DNA of 64,000 nucleotides from Camelus ferus (Eukaryota). Shown one piece after another: positions 41,983 to 53,400 of this stretch; position 1 is the first letter of the stretch, and each line of letters begins with the position of its first letter. A model generated the notes under the pieces. It searched no databases, had not been told where the DNA came from, and saw only the letters and a program-made list of their open reading frames with translations. Location: the NCBI RefSeq assembly GCF_009834535.1, contig NC_045713.1, positions 19,282,001 through 19,346,000 on the forward strand, in the 5' to 3' direction. Both the position numbers and the translations under genes were made by a program.

Positions 41983-42859
41983 AACCCCACTCCCAGTTTG
42001 GAGGCCTAGCCTGGACTTGGGGCGACCGGCTGCCCCCTTTTGGCCCCATAAGGGCCATCTGAAGCTGAGGTAGACCTTATCTTCAAGCTGAAGCAAAATC
42101 AAGGAGTGATCTTTGACCCCCTCTCCCGTCGACCCGTTTCAAGCCGTTAGCTACCTGATTAGTTGTGTGGTTGTCCTTGCCACCCTGGGTGGACCGTGGC
42201 TCCATGCACATCGGGTACTGAGTTTTGCAGCCCCCTGGGATACGGAGAAGGTATCCCTCACCCTTTTTTTCACTGAAATCTCTGTTATGAAACTGCTCGT
42301 ATTTAAGGAGTAGTTGAAATAAGGGTTGGGTGTGGGATTCCAGGCCTGGAATTTATGCCACATCTAGGACCAGCAGTGGCCTCAGTGTCACTTGTGGGTG
42401 GGGGTGAAGTTTGCAGAAGGCACAGACAGGGCTCCTTGGCTTGCAGGAAACTAAATGATCAAGCTCACGCACGTATTAGCTTAAGCATAGCAGATCACGG
42501 GTTAGTCTTTTAAAGAATATGGTAGATACTCAGCCTGGGGTGTCCTCCACCCCACGACCCTTTAGAGCCACCTTCCTGATGCACACACATTATTTAAGGC
42601 ATAGCTGAGCACCTTGAGCCTTTTGGTTTTGGATCTCAGGATTATAGTCCACGCAAGGCTTCTCTAGTTTTGTGACTTGTCCCCTTCCTTCACACTGTCC
42701 TCTCCTGTAAACACCCATACTAATGTATTGATTACGTGTCTTTGAATGTGAATGTATCCTTGAAAAATGCCATGTTGTATGTGTGAATATACTTTTTCCG
42801 TATGTAATATTATGCTGTAGATATTCTGCTGTTCCTTTTTTCACTCAACCTGTGTGGGG

Positions 42860-42972
42860 TTGTTTTTGTTTGTTTGTTTGTTTGTTTGTTTGAATGGAGG
42901 TCCTGGGGATTGAACCCAGGACCTTGTGCATACCAAGCATGTGCTCTACGACTGAGCTGTGCCCCTCCCCCA
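42860..42972 (-). mobile_element. tRNA-derived SINE (Vic-1-like)
   Basis: Antisense GGAGGTCCTGGGGATTGAACCCAGGACC...CTGAGCTG with (TTTG)n tail. Confidence 0.8.
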
Positions 42973-45850
42973 CAACATCCATTGCTTATGCTCCATCTGC
43001 ATCATTTCTTTGACCTGCTTTGAGGGATTCCACGGTGGGTGTCAACTGCCTTTTACTCCCATATTTGCTAAGTGGTGGACACTTGGGTGCCTCTGACTCC
43101 ATAGCACATATACGAGGCCACGATGAACATCCCTGAATGCGTCCCCTTCTGTGCTTTGTGGAAAGTTCTCCGGCAGAGGTATCCAGGATGGGATTATGGG
43201 TCAGACAGGTTAATTTCTCTATTTTTTTTAAGAATGGTCACTGACCCTCCCACTTGAAGCTTCCCATGTCTCCTCATCCTCCCCAGCACTGGTTACTGCC
43301 CGGCTTTCTAATTTTTGCCAGTTGGATGGGTGCACAGTGGTGCTGTGTTTTAATATACATTCATCTGATCACCAGTAATTTGGGAAATCTCTTCATAGAC
43401 CTGTCAGCCTTTTTGGTTTCCCTTTCTGTGAATTGTTTATTTATCTTTGCTCACTTTCTCATGGGGGCCTCCTGTCTTTTTTGTTGTTGTTTAGTCTCAA
43501 GACTGCTCATCTATTCCTGGGCAGTTGCAAATAACTCTCAAAATGGCACCTATGTTTGCATATCCAGGGGTGTCCTTCACTGAATAGTGTAGATGAATTA
43601 ACTTTTAATGTAGAGGAATTAACTATTTTGTTGTATCATTTGCTGCTTTTTAAAAAAAAATTACAGTCTGTTTACGATGTTGTGTTAATTTCTGGTGTAT
43701 TGCTTTTTGATTTCTCATTTAAAAGTCGTTAAGATATTTGACATTTTCTTCTGTTAGTTTATTAGCTTTTCTTTCACATTTAGGCCACTAAATATTAGGC
43801 TGAAGTCTAGCTAGTCCATGCTGGTATGTGTGCTGGCTGGCATCTGCTCTGTGTGGTCAAATATTTGTTCTCCTTGGCTGATGCCAGGCTGGACTGGCTA
43901 CTCAGTGTTAATATGAATTTTCAACTCTTTGAAATTCACCTTTGCCTCTGGGATCCAAGTTTTATTTTCACCATATAATGAGCCAATTTTCTCAGCACTG
44001 TTTACTAATAAAGCCATGAATTTTCCACTGACATGTGGTATAATTTTGGCAAAAGCTTATCACTTTCTTAAAAAAAATTTTTGTGTTGGAATGTGGTATT
44101 CCTTTGAACTTATAAGATGGGAAATATAGAGAGAAAGAATCTTTTTAACATTTAAATAATCCATGATATGGTATAACTAATTTTTTTCAGATATTTTATG
44201 TTCATTACTAAGTCTGAACACATTAAAATTATATATTCAATCTCAGCAGAATAAATGGGAATACATTTAACTTGTGTATACTTGAGGATTTCTGTCTTTG
44301 TGTCCCTCACGGGAGCACCCCCCCATGGCCCCTGTGGCTGAGACCATTAGTTGTCCCACTCACATTCATTCTTCCCTTTCCAGGGTAACGAACCCCTGGT
44401 TTTTAGCAAAGCACAGAGACTTCAGAATGAAGACAGTGCTTGCCAGCCTGTTGTAGCCAGGTGTGACCAAATGCAGATTCAGGGGAAGGGGGTGTGACTT
44501 CCAGGACGTGTCCATAAACAGGCAGTGTGTGTCCCTCTCTTTCACTGTCTTCCTGCCTGTGACTAGAAGTGGAGCATCCTTACTGACACAAGGTGATCTT
44601 GGGGAAGGAAGATACGCAGGGCAGGACAAGGAGAGAAGGAGCCTGGGGTTCTCAGCTTCCACACAGCATCTTACCAGCCCTGCACTGCTGACATCTGGGC
44701 ATTCGAGGGAAGGGGAACTTCCTGTCTTGTTTAAATCACTGCTATTGGAGAATTTCTGTCACTTGTAACCAAGGACGTTGCTACTGCAAGCAATATTGTA
44801 GTGATCTTGAGTGGGCATTTTCTCAGGTTTATATCCAGGTATGGAATTGTGGATTGTCTATGCGTCTGTCCACTTTTCTCTTGAGTACAGATGGTCAGAC
44901 CTCTTTCTAAATCCGTTAGTAAGTGCTAGAAGGTTCCATTTTCTTCTTATCTTCCCCAGCATTTAATCTGGGGAGGATATGGGAAACACTATTCATTGTA
45001 AAAGAATTTGTATTACTTCTATGACGAGTGAGATTATTCGTCCTTCTGGTTAAAGAGACTGACCACTTGTCAAGAAATCTTTCTGAAACTCTCCTGAAAG
45101 AAACCTTCAAAACTTGAATGACCCCTGACCTGGTGTCACATACTGTGCTTGGCACTTTTCATCACCTCATTTGTCCTCAGAGCAAGCCCGGGAGGAGGTG
45201 GTGTTATTACCCATTTTACAGGAGAGAAACAGAAGCTTAGAGAGATGAATCAACCTGTCCCAGACCACGCAGCCACTGAATACAGAGCCAGATATAAAAC
45301 CAGATGGGCCTGTGGAGGACTCAGAATTCTTAATGAGACATGGGCTTCTCACACTTTAACGTGCACACAAATCAGCTGGGAGCTTGCAATAACTCCCAGG
45401 GGATCAGCAGTTCTGGGGCAGGAGATGCTGCAGTTCTAATAAGCTCCCAAGTGTTGCCACACTGCTAAGTGGCAAGATGTTTTCCTTTTTTCTATAGCTT
45501 CATGCCTTTAAAGCCTCCCATGTCCCTACCCTTGCCAGTCCCTGCGTAAAGCCCCCCACAGGACTGGCCACATTCTCTCTTGCGTGTCCCACCTTAGCCT
45601 GGAACAGGGGTCTAACTCAGCACACTCCTGAGCTATGTTTTCCTTGGTCTACATCTTTCTTCCCTACTAGACTGTATATTCCTTGAGAACAAATACTACA
45701 TCTTGTTCTTCTCAAAGATCTCCAGCTGTGTCTGGCAGATAGTTGTTACCTAACAAATGTTTGTTGAATGAATAAATTCTTTGTCTCAAAGAATCCCACT
45801 GCCATCCATCTCATTGCATGAGTCCCAAAGCCCAAAACCTAAGTTTCACT

Positions 45851-45945
45851 CTTTTTTTTTTTTTTAATAGAAGTACTAGGGATTGAACCCAGGACCTGGT
45901 GCAGGCTAAGCATGCGCTCTACCACTGAGCTATTACCTTCCCCCA
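45851..45945 (-). mobile_element. tRNA-derived SINE (Vic-1-like)
   Basis: Antisense GTACTAGGGATTGAACCCAGGACC...CTACCACTGAGCTA with poly-T. Confidence 0.8.
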
Positions 45946-46351
45946 TCCCCCAATCTTCTTCATCACCAAATCAACTTAACTGCTCCAAAGAAGTTTACCT
46001 CCCTTCCTCTGCCCCATCTTGGTATAAATGTCACAGCCTGTAGCCTAGTTCCACAGCCACTGACAGTTCACTTTGTTGCCCCCTGGCCCCTTCCCCATCC
46101 AGCCGGAGTGATTTTCTCAAATCCAATTCTGATTTAAAATGAAGAAACTTAAACATGGTTGAGAGGCCCTGCCCAGCCTGGCCCCTGCCTGTTCCCCAGC
46201 CAGCCTCCCCATCACTGCTCCCACACCGCTCATCTTTCATTCCTTCAGTTCATCATGCTTGCTTCTGTGGCAGGGCCTCTGCATGTGCTTCCTGCTGCCT
46301 GGATCGCTCTTTCTTCCCTCCTGGAAAGTCAATGATTGCCCCTCCCCTGCA

Positions 46352-46882
46352 TGTGAGGTTTTATTCAGTGTCTGACTGAGAACTATGGCCCAGGAGATGG
46401 CTTCTCAGATAGCTCTGAAAAACTGCTCCAAAGAGGTAGAGGGTGAGGCCAGTTTACATGTAATTTTTTTTTTTTTGGTCAAGGAATACAAGCTGTCAGC
46501 ATATATTTTGGTAAAAGATACCTGCTAGTCACAAGAACAGTTTTCTCAAGTTAGTGATTACAGCGCTTTTCTTTATCTTTTACACGACTCCCCCCACCCC
46601 TGCATAGTGCTTTTCTATGTACAGGAAGACGCAAGAAGAGGATTCATTAAAATTCTTCCTGAAATGCTTATTAACTATCTAACAGCCTGTCTGTCCAAAA
46701 CTGTCCAGAGCATCCTGTCATCCTTAATTTCCTCTGTCTGAAGCCCAGAAAGCTTCATCCGGTTATCGCCTTAACTTCTTTGTCCAAAGCATCGAGTGCA
46801 CGGTCAGTCAGCAGCTGCAGGAGGTTAATCTCTGTAGACTTGGATGCCGAGCCAACTGCTCTTTGCTCTTCTTTTGTTTGCA
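46352..46882 (-). mobile_element. Probable artiodactyl ERV1-type solo LTR
   Basis: CTTCTCAGATAGCTCTGA..AACTGCTCCAAAGAGGTA and TCTCAAGTTAGTGATT..AGTGCTTTTCTATGT resemble ruminant ERV1 LTRs as I remember them; minus-strand AATAAA near 46360. Boundaries approximate. Confidence 0.5.
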
Positions 46883-47507
46883 GAGCCCAAGGACCACTTC
46901 CTCAGAGAGGCTCTCAAACTTCCCTGACCTGGTCAAATGCCCCTGTTATTAGGTCCTCATGATACCCATATGCCAGACTTGTTTTTTTGTCTCACTTGTC
47001 ATACATGAACTTTTTTTCCAAGAAATTCCACATGTACTTATATTTCACAAGCCACAATTTCCAAAGCTAATACAGCAAAAGTTGGGCTCCACTTTAAACC
47101 AATAGGCCTGTACAGACATATTTATTTATCTAACCTTAAAGGAATTTTAATAGAGGGATCCATTACATTAAAAGGAACCTGTATTTGGAGAACAGCCAAA
47201 TATTTTTCCCATTTGGCAGAATCAATTAGCAGCAAAATATTTGCCTTTATAACCAGAAAGTTTTTTTTTTTTCATTCACGTCCAGTGGTATCGTGTTTGG
47301 GCTACAGGCTTACAAAAAACAACTTAATGGAATTTAATTTATATGCCTAAGCATTCACTCATTTTAAGTCTACAACTCAATGAGTTTTAGCAGATGTACA
47401 CAGACCTGCAAAAGTTTCCTGGTACCTGTTTGTACCTCCTCCTCCCCCCGACCCCAGGCAAACACCAATCTGCTTTCTATCATGTCAGTTTTGCCTTTCC
47501 TAGATTT

Positions 47508-47610
47508 TTTTAAACTTTTTTTTTCCCTTAAGGGAGGCACTGGGGATTGAACCCAGGACCTCATGCACACAAAGCATGTGCTCTACCACTGAGCTCTACC
47601 TGCTACCCTC
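47508..47610 (-). mobile_element. tRNA-derived SINE within old antisense L1 sequence
   Basis: Antisense GGCACTGGGGATTGAACCCAGGACCTC...CTACCACTGAGCT. Confidence 0.8.
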
Positions 47611-47622
47611 TCTAGATTTTTG

Positions 47623-47754
47623 NNNNNNNNNNNNNNNNNNNNNNNNNNNNNNNNNNNNNNNNNNNNNNNNNNNNNNNNNNNNNNNNNNNNNNNNNNNNNN
47701 NNNNNNNNNNNNNNNNNNNNNNNNNNNNNNNNNNNNNNNNNNNNNNNNNNNNNN
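47623..47754. other. Assembly gap (132 N)
   Basis: Run of n. Confidence 1.
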
Positions 47755-48394
47755 TGATGGACACATGGGTTTTTTTCATTTTTTTGGCTATTATGAATAA
47801 TGCTTCTGTGAACATCAGCATACAGGGTTTTTTTGGGGACATGTTTTCATTTCTTGTTGATAGATATGCAGGAATAGAGTTGCTGGGCCACAAAGAAAGT
47901 GCATGTCTAATTTTTAAAGAAACTGCCAAACTGTTTCTCACAGTAGCTGTACTATTTGCATTCCCAAAAGCACTGTATGAAAGTTCTTTTTGCTCCATAT
48001 CATTTCCAGTACTTTATCAGGGCTTTTTTTTTTTTTTTTAAGCTATTCTAATACGGTGGTATCTTAATGTATCTTCCATAATGACCAGTGGTGTCATACT
48101 TGCTGGCCATTCATCTATCTCCTTTTGTGAGATGTCTGTTCAAATTTTTTGCCACCTAAAAAAATTGCTTTTTTGTCTTATTGAGCTCTTTATACATCTG
48201 GATGTAAGTCCTTTGTCAGATACACACTTTGCAAATACTTCCCTCCAACCTGTGGCTTGCCTTTTAATTTTACAGGTGCAATTTTACATGGTATGAATAT
48301 CTGTCTCCTCTAGATAAACTCCGTGAAGGTGGGGACTAAATTTGCGTTTGCCTGACACCTGGCACAGTGCCAGGCACACAGATGCTCAATAGTC

Positions 48395-48610
48395 NNNNNN
48401 NNNNNNNNNNNNNNNNNNNNNNNNNNNNNNNNNNNNNNNNNNNNNNNNNNNNNNNNNNNNNNNNNNNNNNNNNNNNNNNNNNNNNNNNNNNNNNNNNNNN
48501 NNNNNNNNNNNNNNNNNNNNNNNNNNNNNNNNNNNNNNNNNNNNNNNNNNNNNNNNNNNNNNNNNNNNNNNNNNNNNNNNNNNNNNNNNNNNNNNNNNNN
48601 NNNNNNNNNN
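48395..48610. other. Assembly gap (216 N)
   Basis: Run of n. Confidence 1.
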
Positions 48611-49100
48611 GAAGTAACCCAGAAAGAGGAAGAAAAATATCATGATATCACTTATATGTGGAACCTAAAATAAAGGACACAAATGAACTTATTTACAAAA
48701 CAGAGACAGACTCACAGGCATAGAAAACAAACACGAATATATGTATGTGTATGACTGGGACATTATGCTATGCACCAGAGATTGACATATTTTAACTGAC
48801 TATACTTCAATTAAAAAAAAAAAAAGAAAACAAATTAACATGGTTGGGGGGGTATGGGGGAGGAGGGAGTGCGAGGGAGAAATTGGCAGCCGGGATTTGT
48901 AGATACTAAGTACTATGTACATAAAATTAACAACAAGGTCCTGCTGTATAGCACAGGGAACTATATTCAATACCTTGTAATTGCCTAGAATGAAAAAGAA
49001 TATGGAAAGGAATATATATGTATAAATGAATCACTATGTTGTATACCAGAAATTAACACAGCATTGTAAATTGACTATACTTCAATAAAAGAAAAAGAAA
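48611..49100 (+). mobile_element. LINE-1 3' end with a nested short L1 3' insertion (48732-48824)
   Basis: ATATCACTTATATGTGGAACCTAAAA...GTCCTGCTGTATAGCACAGGGAACTATATTCAATA...TATACTTCAATAAAA; inner fragment ends in poly(A) and is flanked by AGAAAACAAA at 48722 and 48825. Confidence 0.85.
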
Positions 49101-49849
49101 TAGTCTTGAGGAAATTCAGTGACTACAATCCGAAGTTCCACTCCATCTCTTTCCTTTAGACCCTTAAGGGAGACCAGGCATAATGTTACGAAATACGAAG
49201 TATCTCCTGGGGCAACGCCAAGTAGAGCCATGACTCGAGTTTCTGATAAGGCCTCTTGGGGGCCCCCGTGCTCACAGGAGACTAGAATTTCAGCAGAGGG
49301 GCTTACAGGTCTGGTTGGATGATGGGTCTTGAAGCTGTATTTGCATAGAACTACACTAATTTAACTTAGAGTATGTTAGCTGTAGCTTGGCGATGGGGAT
49401 GTGGGGCACTACGGAACCAAGCTATGTTTTGGTGCCAGGGCTCTGTGGTTTGAGTCCAGTCCGCGGCTAGGAGTCTCCTGAAACCCCGCCTGTTCTAAGT
49501 GAGACCATCAGAGGGCGCATGGGCTTCGGTCCCAGTTGGAGGTGAGGAAGGACCGGCTCCGGATGCGGTGGCTGGGGTCTAGGAAAGCTTTTGTCAACGT
49601 CTGCAGGGAAAGCTCAGGGCTGGGGAATCCGAAAGATAGGGACCAGGTCGTGTGAAAACCCAGGGCTAGGGACAGTTGTTCACCATTCATTCATTCATCC
49701 AAAACTTACTGAGCATGTATGAAGCCCCAGCGGGACACCGTGGGGAAGAGAGTAATTATCGAGACCAAGAACTGTTCGTTGGCACTTCTAGAGATATTTA
49801 CTATTTTGAGAACCTTTTAAGGTTCCATTATCTCGTTTGATCTTGTTGG

Positions 49850-50460
49850 GTAAAAAGTGCGCCGAGTGCGCACTGCAGATAAGGAAGCCGGGACTCAGCG
49901 GGAGGGGCTGTACCAGCTCACCCAGACATCTGTAGGTCGGCAGTCACGGCGGGAACGCAGCCGGGTGAGGACCTCGGTGACCGGCCGCAGTCACGTGGTG
50001 CGGGCGCGGCGGAGAAGTCGCAGGGGCGCGCGCGGCTTCCGTAGCCGTGTTGGGGGCTGGCCCGCCGTGGCGTCCGCCGCGCGGGCTCCAGTGTCACATG
50101 ACTGGCTCTTAGGCAACATGGCGGCGGCCGTGGTGCAGGGCCAGGGCTGAGTCGCCGCGAGTGCGGTGGGCTCCTACCCGGGGTGAGGGGTGGCTTCAGT
50201 CAGGGGACTAGGAATCGGGCCTTCCTCAACAGTTGCTGTCCTCGATCTCACCCGAGTTCCACTAGTCCCCTCCGTGCGGTCTGTCTGCCGGGGCGGGGAC
50301 GCATGATAGAGCCCGGGTTCCATCCCCCGTGCTCTGTGCTTCGGGGCAAGCTCCTCTCGGTCTCTGGGCGCACCTCCCTCTCCTGGGCTCCCTCCATCCT
50401 CCTTTCTCCAGCCTCCTCCCCTCGCAGGTGGGATCGTCGGTGGGACCCGAGCGCTGGCGG
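49850..50460 (+). promoter_or_regulatory. SPNS1 CpG-island promoter with CLEAR-like E-boxes and YY1-like motif
   Basis: GTCACGTGGT 49990-49999; GTCACATGAC 50093-50102; AACATGGCGGC ~50115-50125. Confidence 0.7.
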
Positions 50461-50465
50461 GCACG

Positions 50466-53400
50466 ATGTCCGGGTCCGACACCACGCCCTTCCTCAGCCA
50501 GGCAGATGACACGAACGACGGGCCGGTGCCTGGTACTCCGGCGATGCCGGGGTCCATGGGGATCCCGAAGTCCGAGGATCCCGAGGTCCCGGTCCGGGAG
50601 GGACTGCAGCGCATCACGGGCTTGTCTTCGGGCCGTTCGGCTCTTATAGTGGCCGTGCTGTGCTACATCAACCTCCTCAACTACATGGACCGCTTCACCG
50701 TGGCTGGTACTGACTTCTGAGAGAAATTTTAGACGAGGGGAAGGGAGCGGGGTCCCGAAGATGCGGCTGCGTGGCCGAGCCCATCCTGAGTCTTCTTCCC
50801 AGGCGTCCTTCCGGACATTGAGCAGTTCTTTGACATCGGAGACAGTAGCTCCGGCCTCATCCAGACCGGTGAGTGAAGGTTCTTCCTGGGCAGACAGCAA
50901 CTCTTTTTTCTTTTCTACCCTAGTTGGGGCCACATACGTGGTGTGCCTGGGACCTCATTTATGGGAGCTATGGTGACCAGGAGCTAGGGGAGGAGATGGC
51001 CGTGATTCTGCTCTGGGGCTGTCCTGTTTAGTTAGGAAACCACATTTAAAGAGGGAGTCAGTTTAGTGTAATGATTAAGACAGACCTGGGTTTAAATCTC
51101 AGCTTTCCACTATGTGATGGTAGGCAAGGCCCTCAACCTCTCTAAGCCTCACTTTCCTTGTGGGTGAGATGGAATTAGTAACAGTTCACCACATAGGGCT
51201 GATGTACGCATTAAAGGAGATAATGCCTGTGGAGTGCACTGTACAATGTTGGGAAATGGTAGGCACCCAGTAAATAATGGCAGAAGAGGGTGTCTGGAAG
51301 GGGGAAGGGTGAGTTTTACTTGTTTAGAACTTTGGGATTTGTGGGAGGGGCAAAGCCAGGGCCAAGTCCTCTTTTCCTTCCTTCCATCCCTCCTTCATTC
51401 ATTTCTGAACACCTCCCACTTGCCAGGCCCTGGGGAAGTGCTAATTGACACCAAAGAACTTGCCTAAGACCTTTTATGCCCATGGTTTTCTAATCCTTTC
51501 AGCAGCCCAGGAAACAGTGTCATTATTCTTATTTTATAGGGGAAGTAGGTGGTATTATCTACATTTTTTTAATAAAGAAACTGAGGCTTGGAGAAGAGTT
51601 AAGACTTGCCTAGGGTCACACAAGTTCAAGGCTGAAGAGGAGTTTGAAACCAGGTCTTGCAGTGTTCTTTGCTCCATTCCAGGCCGCTAAGGAACTGGAG
51701 GCATTTAAGCCAAAGTTTAATGGAGTGAGAATGGGATCATAGGTCCAGGGCTGCAAAGCTCTAAAGAGTTGTTGAGTTAGAGAAGAAACAGGCCTTTCTC
51801 AGGTGCCCCATTCATGTTTTCATTCAACACATGTTTATTGCGCACCTATTTGGTGCTAGGCCGTGTGTTAAGGGATGGAAAGGTGGTCAAGGCAAGGTCC
51901 TTGTCATCCTGGAGCCAATGTTCTGCTGTACATGGGGGGCAACAGTCCCTAAAAATCTAAACTAATAATGAGATAATTTTCTGTAGGAATAAATGTTACA
52001 TAAAAGATGGAGTAAATGTGGGGGTTGGGTATAGCTCAGTGGTAGAGCTCATGCTTAGCATGCACAAGGTCCTGAGTTCAATCCTCACTACCTCCGTTTA
52101 AAAAAAACACAAAAAAACGACCAAGTAAAAGTGATAGTAACTGGATATGTGGTAGATGGGAAGGTTGGGAGCTGAAGGGTACAAGAGCTGAGGTCTTTGA
52201 AACTCAGGGGAGAAGACAGACTGTTCCCAACAGAGAGGACAGCAGGCGTCCAAAACCTTAAGATGGTATTGAGCTTGGCAGTTGGGTCACTGGGGTGCAG
52301 AGAGGGAAAGTGGATGAGCGTGAAGTGAAGTTGGAGACATAGGGAATGGCTAGATCAGATAGTGCACCCCTGGGCCATCCATTCTACAATGGAAGACTTG
52401 AAAGATGTTGCAGATGGGGCTGGACAACACCCTTCCCACTGCTGGTCCCCTCCCTCCCCCACAGGAAGCTCTGATAGTTTCAGGGTTGGGAATTATTCCT
52501 GCCTGGGCTACCCGCCTCCCCCAAGCTGGGGTGGGGGTGGTGGAGGGGTACTGGGGCTGGGCTGTGACTCTNNNNNNNNNNNNNNNNNNNNNNNNNNNNN
52601 NNNNNNNNNNNNNNNNNNNNNNNNNNNNNNNNNNNNNNNNNNNNNNNNNNNNNNNNNNNNNNNNNNNNNNNNNNNNNNNNNNNNNNNNNNNNNNNNNNNN
52701 NNNNNNNNNNNTCCCCAGAGAGGTGAGGTCCCGCGCTGTCTCCTGCTTCTGGCCCTTCCCATCCCTCCCACTCCCCTATCAGTCTTTGCTGCTGCTCTTT
52801 GGAGTCACTGTAGACGGGGCCCGGGGATATTCTGCAGTTTCCTTGGTCCATGCCATCTTATATCCCTTGCTTGCCTGAGTTATCTGCCCACCCTATCCTC
52901 TCCCCCTTTTCTTCCAGAACCTTCTTCTGTCCATCATCCCCTCTCCCCCTGACCATTGACTCCTTCCACTGCATACCTGAACATTCACGTTTCTCTACCA
53001 TGGGAAAGACCTTACCTGGGCCGTCCTCTCCCTCTTTCTCTTCCTAGTCAGACTTCCCCAAAGGCCCCCTTGACCTAGCTCCACTCTGGGTGAAGAAGCA
53101 GCCAGGGAGGAGCTCTCATTTGCCTGCACTTCCTCTCCTCCCGCTCCTGCCTTGAGCACTGCTGGCTAACCTGCCCCCACCACTCCATTGCCAAAGTCAA
53201 CAGTGCCTCCTACTTCCCAGTCTTGTTCTCGCTAGATCTCCTGCAAGCCTCTGGCTCTGTTGACCCACTTCTTCCTTCTGGAAACTCTCTTCTAACTTCT
53301 GTGCTGCCGCTTTTCAGGTTTTTGTCCTGCTTCCCTGCCTGTTGCTTCTTAGCGCCTTTGAAATCTCCTCTTTCTGTTCCCACTCTCTGCCCCAGACACT

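Noticed and set aside
52019-52118. tRNA genes at SINE positions
   Set aside because: A and B boxes are present, but the A-rich tails, TSDs, many dispersed diverged copies and lack of a clean cloverleaf indicate SINEs.
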